From NCBI GenBank assembly GCA_963754925.1, contig CAVWHX010000009.1, positions 64,001 through 128,000 of the forward strand: 64,000 nucleotides of DNA. The letters run 5' to 3'. The translations under genes and the position numbers were made by a program. Source of the DNA: an uncultured delta proteobacterium (GTDB lineage Bacteria; Myxococcota; B64-G9). Shown one piece after another: positions 9,552-21,299 of the stretch (the first letter of the stretch is position 1; each line of letters starts with the position of its first letter). The notes beneath the pieces were generated by a model. It saw nothing but the letters and a program-made list of their open reading frames with translations. It was not told the DNA's origin and searched no databases.

Positions 9552-11321
9552 CTATGAACTGAATAGAGGAAGCGTGAAAAAGAAGGTTGTTCCTCGGCCG
9601 ACGGCACTCTCGACATCGACTGTTCCGTCCATGGCTTCGACCAGGTGTTTTACGATGGACAGGCCGAGTCCCGTGCCGCCGAGCTCGCGCGACCTCCCGG
9701 GGTCAACGCGGTAGAAGCGTTCGAACAGCCGGGGAAGGTGCGCCGGTTCGATACCGGGTCCCGTGTCTTCGATCGACACCCGAACGAATAATCCCTCAAC
9801 CGCGGCCCGAATGTGGACCTCGGTGCCCTCGGGACAGTACTTGACGGCGTTGTCGAGAAGGTTGGCAAGGATTTGATCCACCGCGCGTCGATCCGCCCGC
9901 ACGGGCGGCACGTCGTCCGGCAGGGATTGATGAATCGTGATCCGTTTCGAGGCGGCTCTATCACAGCAGACGGTGAGGGCGTTTTCGATCACGGATCGGA
10001 GACTGAGGGGTTCATAGTGAAGCCTGAACTCACGGGATTCAATCCGCGATAGGTCCAAAAGATCCTCAATGAGATGATGCAGTCGGTCCACGTTTCGCTC
10101 GATGATATCGAGAAAGTCGGAGGCGGCAGCCGGGTCGCTTTTCAACGCTCCGTGGAGCGTCTCCAGCGCGGAACGCGCGGACGCTACCGGGGTGCGGAGC
10201 TCGTGGGAGGCATTGGCTACGAAGTCCCGACGCAACGACTCAAGGCGACGAATGTCGGTCACATCCACAAACACCAACAAGGTGCCCTGATGGGCGGCTA
10301 CCGTGGATGCGTGGACTAACAGCCGACGAGGCTTGATCCCCGCCACGTCGATTTCGCCCGAGACCGCTGTTTGTGCGCTGACCGCTTGATCCAAAAGCGA
10401 CTTGAGCTCGGCGTGGCGTATGACCTCCAGCAGCTGCCGACCGACGACGTCGGAACCAACCAGGAACATCTCGCGGAAAGAGGGATTGAGCAGGGCGAGC
10501 CGTCCTTGGCTATCAACCAGGAGGACGCCTTCCCGCATGCCGGTCAGAATCCCTCCGAGCAGATCGCGTTCGGAGCGCAGATCGGCGAGCGAAGCCGACA
10601 GGCTCTGGGCGAGGCCATTGAGCGTCTGCCCCAGCTCGGCGAACTCGTCGCGCCCGGCAACGGTTGTTCGTGTTGAAAGATCGCCTTGTGCCATCGCCCT
10701 GGCGGCGGCGGTCAGCCCCCGGACCGTACGCGCCGCAAGCTGCGTGGCAACCCCCGAGAACAGCGTGGCCAAGGCCAAGGCCAAAAACGACGCGAGGAGA
10801 ATCACTCGTCTGAGCTTCGCGAGGGACTGGTCGATTTCCACAAGCGGCATGGCGATACGAACAACCCCTACAACCTCGTTGGCGCGGCGAAAGGGAACGG
10901 CGGCATACAATAAACGCCCTTTGATGGTAGTGCTGTAGCGGGCGCTCTCCCCCTGGCCCTTGGCGAGCGCCTCTGCCACCTCCGGCCTATCGGAGTGATT
11001 TTCCAAGCGGGCAAGCTGTTCAAGACTCACTTCCGAATCTCCCAGAACAACGCCGTCACGTCGAATGATGGTCACCCGCGCCCGAGTAAGCCGTCCCAAC
11101 GCGTCGGCGACGGCGTCCCAGGCGGCGGTATCGTCAAGCGGAATGGAGAGCGCCCCGACATCGTGATGAACCAGATCGAGTCGGACGAGAAGGTCGTCGC
11201 GGATGCTGTCGGTAAGAAAGCGATCGAGTGCGGTTGAAAGGTAGCCGTACGCGGCGATACATGAGACGGCGATGAGGCCGAATGAGAGCAGGAAAAGTTT
11301 CGATCGGATGCCAAGCTTCAT
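9552..11321 (-). CDS. phoR: Phosphate sensor histidine kinase
   Basis: Two TMs, HAMP, PAS, SHELRTP, NLLDNAVKY, GGTGLGL; coupled to phoB. Confidence 0.92.
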   Translation of the reverse strand: MKLGIRSKLFLLSFGLIAVSCIAAYGYLSTALDRFLTDSIRDDLLVRLDLVHHDVGALSIPLDDTAAWDAVADALGRLTRARVTIIRRDGVVLGDSEVSLEQLARLENHSDRPEVAEALAKGQGESARYSTTIKGRLLYAAVPFRRANEVVGVVRIAMPLVEIDQSLAKLRRVILLASFLALALATLFSGVATQLAARTVRGLTAAARAMAQGDLSTRTTVAGRDEFAELGQTLNGLAQSLSASLADLRSERDLLGGILTGMREGVLLVDSQGRLALLNPSFREMFLVGSDVVGRQLLEVIRHAELKSLLDQAVSAQTAVSGEIDVAGIKPRRLLVHASTVAAHQGTLLVFVDVTDIRRLESLRRDFVANASHELRTPVASARSALETLHGALKSDPAAASDFLDIIERNVDRLHHLIEDLLDLSRIESREFRLHYEPLSLRSVIENALTVCCDRAASKRITIHQSLPDDVPPVRADRRAVDQILANLLDNAVKYCPEGTEVHIRAAVEGLFVRVSIEDTGPGIEPAHLPRLFERFYRVDPGRSRELGGTGLGLSIVKHLVEAMDGTVDVESAVGRGTTFFFTLPLFSS

Positions 11322-12016
11322 GGTCCCGCTCCATCAGGGCTCTCCGCAAAGCGGTAGCCGACCCCGCGCACCGTCTCAATGTACTCGCCGGCGCGACCGA
11401 GCTTTTCCCGCAGGCGTTTGACATGGGTGTCCACGGTTCTGGTGGTGATGGCCGCTTCGATGCCCCATACGTCGTCGAGCAGAACCGTCCTATTCTGAAC
11501 GCGGTTGCGCCGGTCATAGAGCGTTACGAGGAGTTTAAACTCCAGGGCGGTGAGCTCAACTTCCCGTTCGGCCACCCACACGCGGTGCGCGTCGCAATCA
11601 ACGCGCAACCATCCAAACTCAAAAGACTGCGGCGCGGCGCTTTCTCCCTGCGTGCGCCGAAGAATCGCCTCGATCCGGAGGAGCAGCTCCCGGACGCTGA
11701 ACGGCTTTACCACGTAGTCGTCGGCGCCAAGCTCGAATCCGACGACACGGTCGACCTCTTCACCTTTGGCGGTGAGCATGAGGATCGGAATACCCTTCGT
11801 TTTCGGATCTCGTTTGATGGTCTTGCAGACCTCGGTGCCCGGCAGGTCCGGGAGCATCAGGTCGAGGATCACGAGCTCGGGGTTGCGGTCCCGCGCGATC
11901 TGGAGGCCGTCCCGTCCGCGCAACGCGGTAAGCACCTCATGGCCGGCCTGCTTAAGGTTGTAGCCCAGGACCTTCTGGAGGTCTAGTTCATCTTCGATAA
12001 CCAAAACGCGAGCCAT
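11318..12016 (-). CDS. phoB: OmpR-family response regulator PhoB
   Basis: Receiver domain plus winged helix (RTVDTHVKRLREKL, TVRGVGY); pst context. Confidence 0.9.
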   Translation of the reverse strand: MARVLVIEDELDLQKVLGYNLKQAGHEVLTALRGRDGLQIARDRNPELVILDLMLPDLPGTEVCKTIKRDPKTKGIPILMLTAKGEEVDRVVGFELGADDYVVKPFSVRELLLRIEAILRRTQGESAAPQSFEFGWLRVDCDAHRVWVAEREVELTALEFKLLVTLYDRRNRVQNRTVLLDDVWGIEAAITTRTVDTHVKRLREKLGRAGEYIETVRGVGYRFAESPDGAGP

Positions 12017-12133
12017 GGTATGCCCTCCGTGCGGAGTGAAACAACTTCTTCAGCAAGCGCGACTCGGGCATTGCTCCACTAGCGCCACGAGCCGTCTCAC
12101 CTCATTCTGGTTACCACGAAGTGCGTATGGGTT

Positions 12134-13816
12134 TCAAATGGAGGTTGGTTGCGAGGCGAGGCGCGTGGTTTGCACGCTCTTCCCAACCCTCCAGACAAGT
12201 TTATGCAGCAGGTACCTTACCATTCCTGGCGCTAGAGCCAGCTGCATGGCGATATCATATGAACGCAGGTCATTCTGTTCTTCTAAAGGCTTGGGCAAGG
12301 GCAGCCCTTTTAGTCCATGCAATTTTTCCTCGATGAGATTTTCACTCTCATCGTACAAACCGTCCTCGATTTTTTTCAAGTAATCAATGTAGTATCCATC
12401 CGCGACGCGCGCAATGGATTCGTTCATTCTTCTAATGCCGTAGCCATGCACGATTCCGAACAAAGAATCGAATACATTTTTTTTGAACACACTTTTGAGA
12501 ATATAGCCGTGCGTGTACACGTCGTTATAGATGTCGATGATAATGCGCTGGAGAGTGCTCGGTTTCATTTTTTTGGGGAAATAGGTTATAAAGCTGCCGG
12601 TCATGTAGTCGGCATACGAGGAATTTGACGGGTCCGTCATTTGGTAATACGTCATGAACCGTCGATTGAGCGGTACCAACAGGGTGCCGTCGTCTTCCCG
12701 TTTGATGTCGTGCAGGATAAACACATTAAGACTCAGATTGTTTTGCCTGATAAATTGCACCAACTCGCGCGCCTTCTCTTTGGTATCGCCGTCATACCCA
12801 AACGCGAATGTGCCAATCACATGGATGCCGCTTTTTTTGATATTATGAAGAGACCATACCACATCGGCGCTGGTCTGCTTTTTATTAAAGGCTTTGAGGT
12901 TCGCATCAACCAGGGATTCGACTCCCACAATCAGGCATTGAACGCCTGCTTTTTTCAAAAGGGCGAGTGTTTCTTCATCGTGACCTATCTCTTCGCGCTC
13001 GAAAACGATTAAGGTCGCGCCCAGGTTTTCCTTTATCAGCCGGTTGAGCAAAAGCTTCGTTTTCTCTCTGTTTCCGAAAAAGCTGTTGTCCACCACGAAA
13101 AACCAATCATTATAGCGCTGCTTGTCCTTGATTTCGGCGATTATGCTATCGATGTCCCGGTTTCTGTACACGCCGCCGAAAAGCTTTTGCGTAGGACAGA
13201 AGCTGCATTTATAGTGACATCCCCGCGAGGTCTGGAGCGTGTTTTGAATATTATACAAACGTCCAATACCCAGTGTCATGCGTTTGAATCCGCGGATGAG
13301 CGTCATATCGGGAATAATCGAAGGAATTACGGGAGGAACACGACTCGGCGTTTTTACAATCCCTCTGTCTTTTTTAAACATAATACCTTGTACGCGTTCA
13401 ATATCTCCCCGGTTCATGATACATTTGATAAGTTCCGGCAAAACCTCATCGCCCTCGCAGCAGACCGCGTAATGACAGAAATCCAACACGGTTTCCGGGA
13501 ACATGATAACGTGCGGGCCGCCGATTATGACGCTGATGCCGGGTTTTTCCTTCATAATACGCATAGCGCATTCTTTAACTTTATTATACGCGGGGGCAAA
13601 CAGCGGAAAACATACAACGTCGCAATCGGTCATGGTTTCAAAATCCATCCGACTTGTTCCTTCCAGATAAACCGCAACATCGTATCCCTTTTGCTTTAAT
13701 ATCGTTGCGAGAAGAGGCGTTCCGTATTTCGGAAACACTCTTCTCGCGGCAAGGGTATTCAACTTCGCGTTATACTCGATAAAATTCACTCTCGTATGAG
13801 ATGGTATATCTGACAT
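12134..13816 (-). CDS. B12-binding-domain radical SAM protein
   Basis: IIGGPH N-terminal domain; SRGCHYKCSFC (CxxxCxxC). Confidence 0.88.
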   Translation of the reverse strand: MSDIPSHTRVNFIEYNAKLNTLAARRVFPKYGTPLLATILKQKGYDVAVYLEGTSRMDFETMTDCDVVCFPLFAPAYNKVKECAMRIMKEKPGISVIIGGPHVIMFPETVLDFCHYAVCCEGDEVLPELIKCIMNRGDIERVQGIMFKKDRGIVKTPSRVPPVIPSIIPDMTLIRGFKRMTLGIGRLYNIQNTLQTSRGCHYKCSFCPTQKLFGGVYRNRDIDSIIAEIKDKQRYNDWFFVVDNSFFGNREKTKLLLNRLIKENLGATLIVFEREEIGHDEETLALLKKAGVQCLIVGVESLVDANLKAFNKKQTSADVVWSLHNIKKSGIHVIGTFAFGYDGDTKEKARELVQFIRQNNLSLNVFILHDIKREDDGTLLVPLNRRFMTYYQMTDPSNSSYADYMTGSFITYFPKKMKPSTLQRIIIDIYNDVYTHGYILKSVFKKNVFDSLFGIVHGYGIRRMNESIARVADGYYIDYLKKIEDGLYDESENLIEEKLHGLKGLPLPKPLEEQNDLRSYDIAMQLALAPGMVRYLLHKLVWRVGKSVQTTRLASQPTSI

Positions 13817-14024
13817 GGCGCACCCTCCCTTTGACTTTTTCTTCTATAAACCCGTTTGAGCAATACCGAACCTACCTCCAATCCGCTGAGGGATTTCTCA
13901 TTTTTGTCCGGTATGATTCCTCCAGGGAAAAAACGTTATTTTGATGCTTCAAAGTATGGTATTGTCACGCTGGTTGTATACGCAGTAGATGGTTTAATGT
14001 TTGGAACTTTGTCATTGGTCATCA

Positions 14025-14076
14025 ATGTTGACACTGCAATTATATGATAACCTTAGAATGTGTGCGATGTCAACAT
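14025..14076. promoter_or_regulatory. Inverted repeat, probable TetR operator
   Basis: ATGTTGACA (14025) and TGTCAACAT (14068), overlapping the TetR start. Confidence 0.55.
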
Positions 14077-14737
14077 GAAAAATGCCAGGACACCCAAACC
14101 GCGCCCGACCCGCTCAAGAATCAAGCGCAAGAGCCGAACCCACCCCGCCAGATACCACCACGGCAATCTGCGCGCCGCGCTGATCGAGGCGGGCCTGAAG
14201 GCGCTGGAGGTTAATGATCGGCGTGAGTTGAGCGTGCGTGAACTGGCGCGACGCGTGGGCGTGTCGGCCAATGCCTCCTACCGACACTTCGCCAACAAGG
14301 AAGCCCTCCTGTCAGCGCTGGCTGCGGAAGGCTTCCGCCGCCTGCAAGCGGCATACAACAAAGCCACCGCGCAGCAGAGCCGGTCAGACGCGGGCTTTCG
14401 CGCGGCCGGTCGCGCCTATGTGCATTTCGCCATCGACAACCCGGCGCTGTTCCGTTTAATGTTCGAGCACTTTACCCTCAGCCCGGAAGACCCGGAGCTG
14501 CTCGAAGCATCGATGGCATGCTTTCAATGGATGCTCAACTTCCTGGCTGGGGTGATCGGGCTTACGCCCGATGACCCACGCGTGTTGATGAATGCCTTGG
14601 TAGGTTGGAGCACCGTGCATGGGTTGACCCACCTGGTCCTGAGCGGGCAGTTGGACTCCTTTGGCGGCGTTACCGACCAACTGATTGATGCAGTCGTGAA
14701 CACGGATGTTCCGCTCTTTATGACGCTGAACAAGTAG
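14075..14737 (+). CDS. TetR-family regulator
   Basis: YHHGNLR, LSVRELARRVGVS..SYRHF; C-terminal WSTVHG. Confidence 0.93.
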   Translation: MKNARTPKPRPTRSRIKRKSRTHPARYHHGNLRAALIEAGLKALEVNDRRELSVRELARRVGVSANASYRHFANKEALLSALAAEGFRRLQAAYNKATAQQSRSDAGFRAAGRAYVHFAIDNPALFRLMFEHFTLSPEDPELLEASMACFQWMLNFLAGVIGLTPDDPRVLMNALVGWSTVHGLTHLVLSGQLDSFGGVTDQLIDAVVNTDVPLFMTLNK

Positions 14738-14800
14738 GCAACCAGATTGACAGGCGTCTCTTGAGTGTTCTCTGTGTGGTTAGCTCGGAGCACCTGCGCA

Positions 14801-15883
14801 TTACGGCGCCTCGGTCGGTGTAACCTGCAGTTCCAATATCTCCGTTACGCGCAGCACCTTCACCGTCGCCGGTTTCTTTGACGGCCACTCCGTCAGGAAA
14901 CGGTGCAAATCGTCTATGCTGGCGATCGGATGATCCGCCACGCCCAGTATCATGTCGCCCGGCAGAAGGCCCGATCGCTTCGCCGGTCCCCGTTGCTCAA
15001 CCTCCACCACCTCCACTCCCTGTTCCAGGGGGAGCGCGTAATGGCGAACAATGCGCCGGTGAATCGGACGCGTGCCGCCGACAATACCCAGGTACGCCCG
15101 TGGCACTCGGCCCTGCGACATCAGCTTGGCCAGAACCCAACTCACGGTGTTTGAGGGGACGGCGAATCCGATACCCTGTGCCGCTGCGATGGCAGCCGTA
15201 TTAATCCCGACGACCTGGCCCTTGATGTTGATGAGCGGACCGCCTGAGTTGCCGGGGTTCAACGGCGCGGTGTGCTGGATCACGTTCTCGATGAGCCGCC
15301 CGTTGATGCTGCGCAGGGCGCGCCCCAAAGCACTGACGACCCCGGTTGAGACTGTGGAGTCGAATCCGAGCGGGTTGCCGACCGCTATGACGGTCTGGCC
15401 GGCGCGCAACTGATGTGAATCGCCCAGTTCCGCGAACGCCAGGCCGGAGCCGCCGACCCAGATCGCGGCCAAGTCCGTCGGCGGATCGACGCCCACCAGG
15501 GTGGCGTTTCGCGTGCTCCCATCGGTGAACTCGACGCCAATTTCTCTGGCGCCGAGAACCACATGGCTGTTGGTAATGATGTACCCGTCGGGGGCGATGA
15601 CCACGCCGGAGCCGCTGCCGCGTCGCTCTGGATTAGCCGCGCCGTTGCCGTATCGGGTGACGATACTCACCACAGCGGGAGCCACGCCCGCGACGATCGC
15701 GGCCACGGCGCGGGAAAAGGACTCGAGTATCCCGATGTCGCCCGCGACATGGTCGACGACGATGCGGGGTCTTGGGGTGTCGGATACCTCATCGGCGCTG
15801 CCGGTTGGTTTCCACGTTCTCGGAAATAGGTATAACACGCGCCACGTTTTGCCTCCTAGCGGCGAACGGCCGTCTATTCTCAC
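14801..15883 (-). CDS. HtrA/DegP-like serine protease with PDZ domain (start uncertain)
   Basis: TNSHVV, TDLA, PGNSGGPL catalytic triad motifs. Confidence 0.92.
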   Translation of the reverse strand: MRIDGRSPLGGKTWRVLYLFPRTWKPTGSADEVSDTPRPRIVVDHVAGDIGILESFSRAVAAIVAGVAPAVVSIVTRYGNGAANPERRGSGSGVVIAPDGYIITNSHVVLGAREIGVEFTDGSTRNATLVGVDPPTDLAAIWVGGSGLAFAELGDSHQLRAGQTVIAVGNPLGFDSTVSTGVVSALGRALRSINGRLIENVIQHTAPLNPGNSGGPLINIKGQVVGINTAAIAAAQGIGFAVPSNTVSWVLAKLMSQGRVPRAYLGIVGGTRPIHRRIVRHYALPLEQGVEVVEVEQRGPAKRSGLLPGDMILGVADHPIASIDDLHRFLTEWPSKKPATVKVLRVTEILELQVTPTEAP

Positions 15884-15951
15884 TCAAAGGTAAGTACGCC
15901 GATACCCTGTGGCAAGAGCTGTTCGTGAAGTATTTTGTTGGGGCAACCCCG

Positions 15952-16787
15952 TCAGGACCCCATCGACCTCATGACCTTAAGCATTAACCAATCGAAAGCC
16001 CGGTCGGACAGCACCGAGCGCAAGAACAGTATCGGCCGGGCGCCGGCCCCGGCCGCGTACCTCGTCTTCGGCCTCTTGGCCAGGAGGACCTTTTCGATCA
16101 CCTTGGCGATAACGTCCGGGGGAGAGGCCCGCTTATACGCAACGGTAAGAAGACGCGCGTTCAACCGCGCGAGCTCCCGGTAGTCGGTGCTGCCGGAGGT
16201 CTTCATCACATTCTCGGCCGCAATGCCACCCCACTCGGTCTTGATGCCGCCGGGCTCGACAACGACCACGTCGATGCCGAAACCTTTGACCTCGAGCCGC
16301 AGGCAATCGCTGAGCGCCTCGAGGGCGAACTTCGTCGCGTGGTACCAGCTCCCCATCGGTTCGTAGATCTTTCCGCCGATCGACGAGATGTTGACGATCT
16401 TCCCGTAACGCTGCTTCCGCATCGAGGGCAGCACGAGCTGCATCATCCGCGCGGCCCCGAATACATTCACCTCGAACTGGCGCCGGGCTTCGGCCGGGAA
16501 ACGTCCTCGAGAGCGCCGTACGAGCCGTAGCCGGCGTTGTTGACGAGGATGTCGATCCGGCCCTGCTCCGCGAGGATGCACGCTACCATCGCGACCATCG
16601 ACCCTTCGTCGGTGACGTCAAGCTTCAGGATGTTGATGCCTCGTAACTTCAAGGCGGCCATGCGATCAAGTCTACGTGCCGCTGCATAAACAACAAATCC
16701 TGCCCGCATCAGCCGGATTGCCGTTGCCTCGCCGATTCCCGACGAGGCCCCCGTGACGAGGACGACTTTTTTCGATTTCATGTCCAT
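15952..16787 (-). CDS. Short-chain dehydrogenase, frameshifted near 16497
   Basis: TGASSGIG and NNAG in one frame, YHATK in the next; one base missing in a C run. Confidence 0.88.
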
Positions 16788-16857
16788 GGGTTCTCCTTTG
16801 TCAATTCCCCAACGTCTCGGCACCGGCACAGCTTCTATGGGTTTTTTAATTAAGGGA

Positions 16858-16938
16858 AGAAAAAAATTAGGCCCCGGAGCGACAAGCTACACCCTAAGGG
16901 GGGAGTAGGCATAAGCCTGTTACACCACGGGGCCCTAC
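16858..16938 (-). ncRNA. Candidate small structured RNA or terminator-closed leader
   Basis: GGCCCCG/CGGGGCC closing stem, inner hairpins, C-rich segment CTACTCCCCCC, U tail. Confidence 0.35.
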
Positions 16939-17162
16939 AATGTATAGAACGCTCGATGGTCCTTAATTATTCCGCCTACATTAGGCAAAGGACACGCAGG
17001 GGCGCACCATCCCCCTCATGGCTGCCCACCCAAGAGCCTTCGAATAGATTGATTCAAATTGAATGAAATGATAGTTCATCATGATTGAGCCCGTCGCCTC
17101 ATAGACTGGCTCTGGCAATGGCCATAACTGCGATGGTCGTTTATCAAAGAGGAGGATGGAAA

Positions 17163-17948
17163 ATGCGTTACCTGCTCATTGCGTTTTCGATGCTGCTTTT
17201 GCCGGTGAGCTTGGCCCAAGCTCAGATCAGCGTCAACGTCGGTATCAACATGCCGGTATATCCGGAGTTGGTCCCCGTGCCGGGCTATCCCGTCTACTAC
17301 GCCCCTCACGCGAGTTCGAATTACTTCTTTTACGACGGAATGTACTGGGCGTACTGGGAAGACAACTGGTATGCGAGCGGCTGGTACAACGGGCCGTGGC
17401 AGCCGGTGGCGCCCATGGAGGTGCCGCTGTTTGTGCTGCGCGTTCCGGTGCGCTACTACCGACAGCCTCCGATGTATTTTCGCGGCTGGCGCGACGACGG
17501 GCCGCCCCGATGGGGCGAGCATTGGGGCCATGACTGGGAAGACCATCGACGCGGATGGGACCGCTGGGACCGCCGCGCCGTTCCCCATGCCGCACCGTTG
17601 CCGGTTTACCAGCGGGCGTATTCGGGGGACCGCTATCCTCACGAGGCGGAACAGCGACATTCGATTCAATCCGAGCATTACCATTATCAGCCGCATGAGG
17701 CCGTATCGCGGCAGCATTTTCAACAGCTGCACAACACGGGCAGCTCGCGCGCCCAGCCGCAACAGCCTATCCGAGAGCGATCGTCCGTTCACCAACAGCC
17801 GGTGCAACCGCATCAGCAACCGCAACACCTGCAACCGGCGCAGCCGCAACACGCGCAACCGGCGCAGCGCCCGCAACACCCCCAAACCGCACCGCACAAC
17901 ACGGGTCGGGAGAACAGACACGAAGAGCACGGCGAGGAACACCGATAA
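17163..17948 (+). CDS. Secreted hypothetical protein (Trp/Tyr/Pro-rich, Gln/Pro/His low-complexity tail)
   Basis: RBS GGAGG, signal peptide MRYLLIAF..AQA. Confidence 0.75.
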   Translation: MRYLLIAFSMLLLPVSLAQAQISVNVGINMPVYPELVPVPGYPVYYAPHASSNYFFYDGMYWAYWEDNWYASGWYNGPWQPVAPMEVPLFVLRVPVRYYRQPPMYFRGWRDDGPPRWGEHWGHDWEDHRRGWDRWDRRAVPHAAPLPVYQRAYSGDRYPHEAEQRHSIQSEHYHYQPHEAVSRQHFQQLHNTGSSRAQPQQPIRERSSVHQQPVQPHQQPQHLQPAQPQHAQPAQRPQHPQTAPHNTGRENRHEEHGEEHR

Positions 17949-17994
17949 TTAGCTATACTTCATTTCCAACGATAGGTATCGAGATTTCAATCTG

Positions 17995-20900
17995 TTAAGA
18001 ATAACAAGTTCTATTAATAATAACCTTCTTTAATTCATCGGAAAGGTTATTAAAGTATGCGCAGTATCCGGCTACGCGCACCAGGAGATAGGGGTGTTTT
18101 TCCGGATGGTGGTATGCATCCAGTAATAGTTCTCTGTTGAGAACGTTGGGCTGGAATTGCATGCCGCCTTTCTTGAAATAGGTGCTGATTAAACCTGAGA
18201 GGTTTCTGACTCCGTCAGGGCCCTGAAACAATGCGGAATCAATAGTGAACGTGACCGTGGTGCCATTGGGGGCATAGGTTTCAAAATCAACGCCGGCCAC
18301 GGAATTCAGTGATGACAATAAGTCCGCCATCTGCATTCCATAATGAGGAGCAACACTGTTGGCGAGAGGAACCCCCCTCAATCTGCCTGAAGGCAGTGAA
18401 GGCGTTTTTGCACCGTAAACATCACTTACATTCAAGGCGTAATAACCGGCGGTATATATGCCGTTACGCGGACAGTTCTCTACCTGTTTCAAAGCGTTAA
18501 CATAAATCTGTAAGACTCGGTTAACCCATTCGACCGCCTCACGGGACTCATCATGACCAAATTTCGGCACAGCGAGTAACGCCCATCGGATGCGCTGATA
18601 ATATTCTCCGGCAAAGTCGTTGTCGATGGCGTTGATGATGTCATGTATTGAATACAGCTTTTTCTCGTATACGACTTCATTAATGGCGTGCAGCGAATCC
18701 GCGACATCCGTAATTCCTACTGCCTGAATGCCGCTGCTGTTAAACGTCGTGCCGCCTTCGTTCACATCTTTTCCGCTTTCAATACATCCCGTAAAGAGAG
18801 AAGATGCCAGGGGTGTGGTAAAGTCTTTACCAATCGCCTTTTCGATTTTCTGGTGATCAGCCAATATAGAGGACGCCAGATGATTCAAACGTGTCTGATA
18901 GCGTTCAAGCAGTTCATCCATGTTCGCGGGCGGATTGGGCCTGGAGGCCCTCTTCTTTTTATACCTGCCGCGGGCTTGGTTATATTTCAACACAATAAAT
19001 TTAGAAAATGCAGTATCCCCGCTGAAGGTGTATTCGACAAATTTGGTGATCATTTTCTCCCGTTGATCGGAGAGTCCAAAGTTCCATAAATCATCTTCTT
19101 CGCCTTTCATGGCCTGCAGGAACGGCAGGACCACGTTCATATTGGCGCAGTCGGTATTGCCGAAATGATCATCAGAAGCAGTGGGCTCGACACATCCCAC
19201 TATCGAGTAGTTTCTCGCGTCTTCCCGTGTGGTGGGGTAATGTTTTTGTATGGTTTTAATATACCTTCATCATTAAACAATTCCGGCATGGGTGACCCAT
19301 TGATATATACCTCTGCAATCCTGTCCAGATATCGCGGGGGACTGTTTTGATGAATTCTTGCCGTCATATTTACGGCGAGAGGCTGCAGTTCGCAAACATC
19401 CAGCAGCATGTAGGTTAGGTCATTGGTGGCGTCGTGGCCGTTTTTGTCAACACCTCCAAACGTCAACGCTTGATCGGTAGACTGCGTCTCAAAAAGTCTT
19501 CCGATTCTAAGATAGGTATCGCCGTCGTTTACGAGAATGGCCTCGTCCATTTTGAGAATAAATAAGGCCAGCAGTTCTTTCGCCTTCTCATAATCCATTA
19601 TTCCGGCCTCGGTATCCTTTTTATAGTAGGGATATAGTATCTGGTCGAGGCGTCCAAAGGATACCGCATTTTCATAGGACTCTATGCACAGCGCGATCTG
19701 TAAAAACATCATGGATTGGAGCGCCTCATGATAGGTGCGGGCAGGATATCGAGGGACCTGTCTGCAAATCTCCGCCATTTCTTCAAGTTCTCTACGGCGG
19801 GCCGGATCTGTTTCTTTTTGAGTTAACTCCGACAGTACATTGGCGTATCTTTCTGCAAAACTCTCCAGCGCTTTGAGGGCGATAATGGCGCCGTTATAGA
19901 AGTCCTGATTATTTTCAGGCTTTTCTTTTTGCTTTTGTTCAATCTCTTGTATGATTCCGGTGGTTCCACGTTTGAGCATGCGTTCGAAATTGACGACAAA
20001 ATGCGCTATGGCGGCCGTGTTATTATTGAATCCGGTATTCATTTCGGAACATCGCGCAAGGTTCAACATAAAATCCGAAAAAGATTTGTACACCTTCATC
20101 AAAAGGCAGTGTTTTCGCCAGAAGGGAAATATTCTAAAATAAAAATTAAGCTTGTCTCTAAAAGAACACTTGAAGGAAACCGGCGTCTGTCGATTGATTT
20201 GATGGAGAATGGAAACAAAAAGAACGCCGTAGTGTTCTTCCCAGATCTGGCCGCCGACGCGCTTTGAAGTAAAATTGCCGACGAGCAATTCATGAGGATA
20301 GATGATGATTTTCTTGTTTTTCAATACATGCGACAGACGCTGCGCTCTATGAATATGAACCGGTTTACTGAAACCATTCTTCTTGTAGAATTCCGTTTTC
20401 AGTTTGGATGCTTCAAAACAGAGGTGATAATCACTCCCCCTGATATCTTTTTGTATGTCATAAACGCGATTGGTAAAGACGGCTGTATGCCGGGAAGCAT
20501 CCAAATCACAACATTCGGCCTTGATGTCAAACGATTTGAATAATTCGACCGCGTTTTTGATGGCGGCCAGGCTTTGATCGGGAGTAATATTCAACGATTC
20601 CCGCACCAGACCCAAACGCTGTGCCTTATCTTCGTACAGGTTGTGGTATTTCAGCAACTCAATTGAGTCGTAATTGATAGACTTTAAAAAAACAGCAGTT
20701 GCTTGTATAGTGCTTTCCGTATCGTTGTATCCCGGCACCATCACCATGCGGAATTTAACATTGGCGTTTGAATCAAGCAGTTTCCTTAGATTACTGTGGA
20801 TTAATGCGCCATCCTGTTTTGTGTATTTCTTATGAAGATCGTCATCGCCGACAATCTTCAGATCAACTAAAAACAAATTTATATACGATGCTATGTTGTG

Positions 20901-21299
20901 TATATGTTCCCAGGGCGCATGCAGGGAGGTTTCGACAACGACATGAATGTTATTATTCTTAAATAAATTCAAGAGACTTATAAGGCTGCCCGGGTCCTGT
21001 AACAGAGGCTCACCGCCGCTGAGGGTCACACCGCCGCCGGTTTTGAAGTAGTACTCGTTATCTCGTAACACAACTTCCAGTATGTCGGAAATCGAATACG
21101 TGCCGTCGGGCGCCATGGTGGGATTGAATGACAGCGCTTCGGGATTCTGGCACCATACACATCTCAGGGTGCACCCCTGAAAGAAAATAGTGGTGCGGAT
21201 ACCGGGGCCGTCATGAACACAGGTGCGTTGGATTTTTAAAACTTTTAGCTTCTCGGTGTGTTCGACTGGGCGATCATCAAGATTTTTGGCGGTCTGCAT
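17995..21299 (-). CDS. Fused glycyl-radical activating enzyme / glycyl radical enzyme, frameshifted near 19264
   Basis: HDGPGIRT..CTLRCVWC activase N-terminus in frame with a PFL-like barrel; GCVEP and RVAGY after a 1-base shift. Confidence 0.88.

Noticed and set aside
17079..17942. 287-aa minus-strand ORF
   Set aside because: Antisense of the plus-strand gene, which has the RBS and signal peptide.
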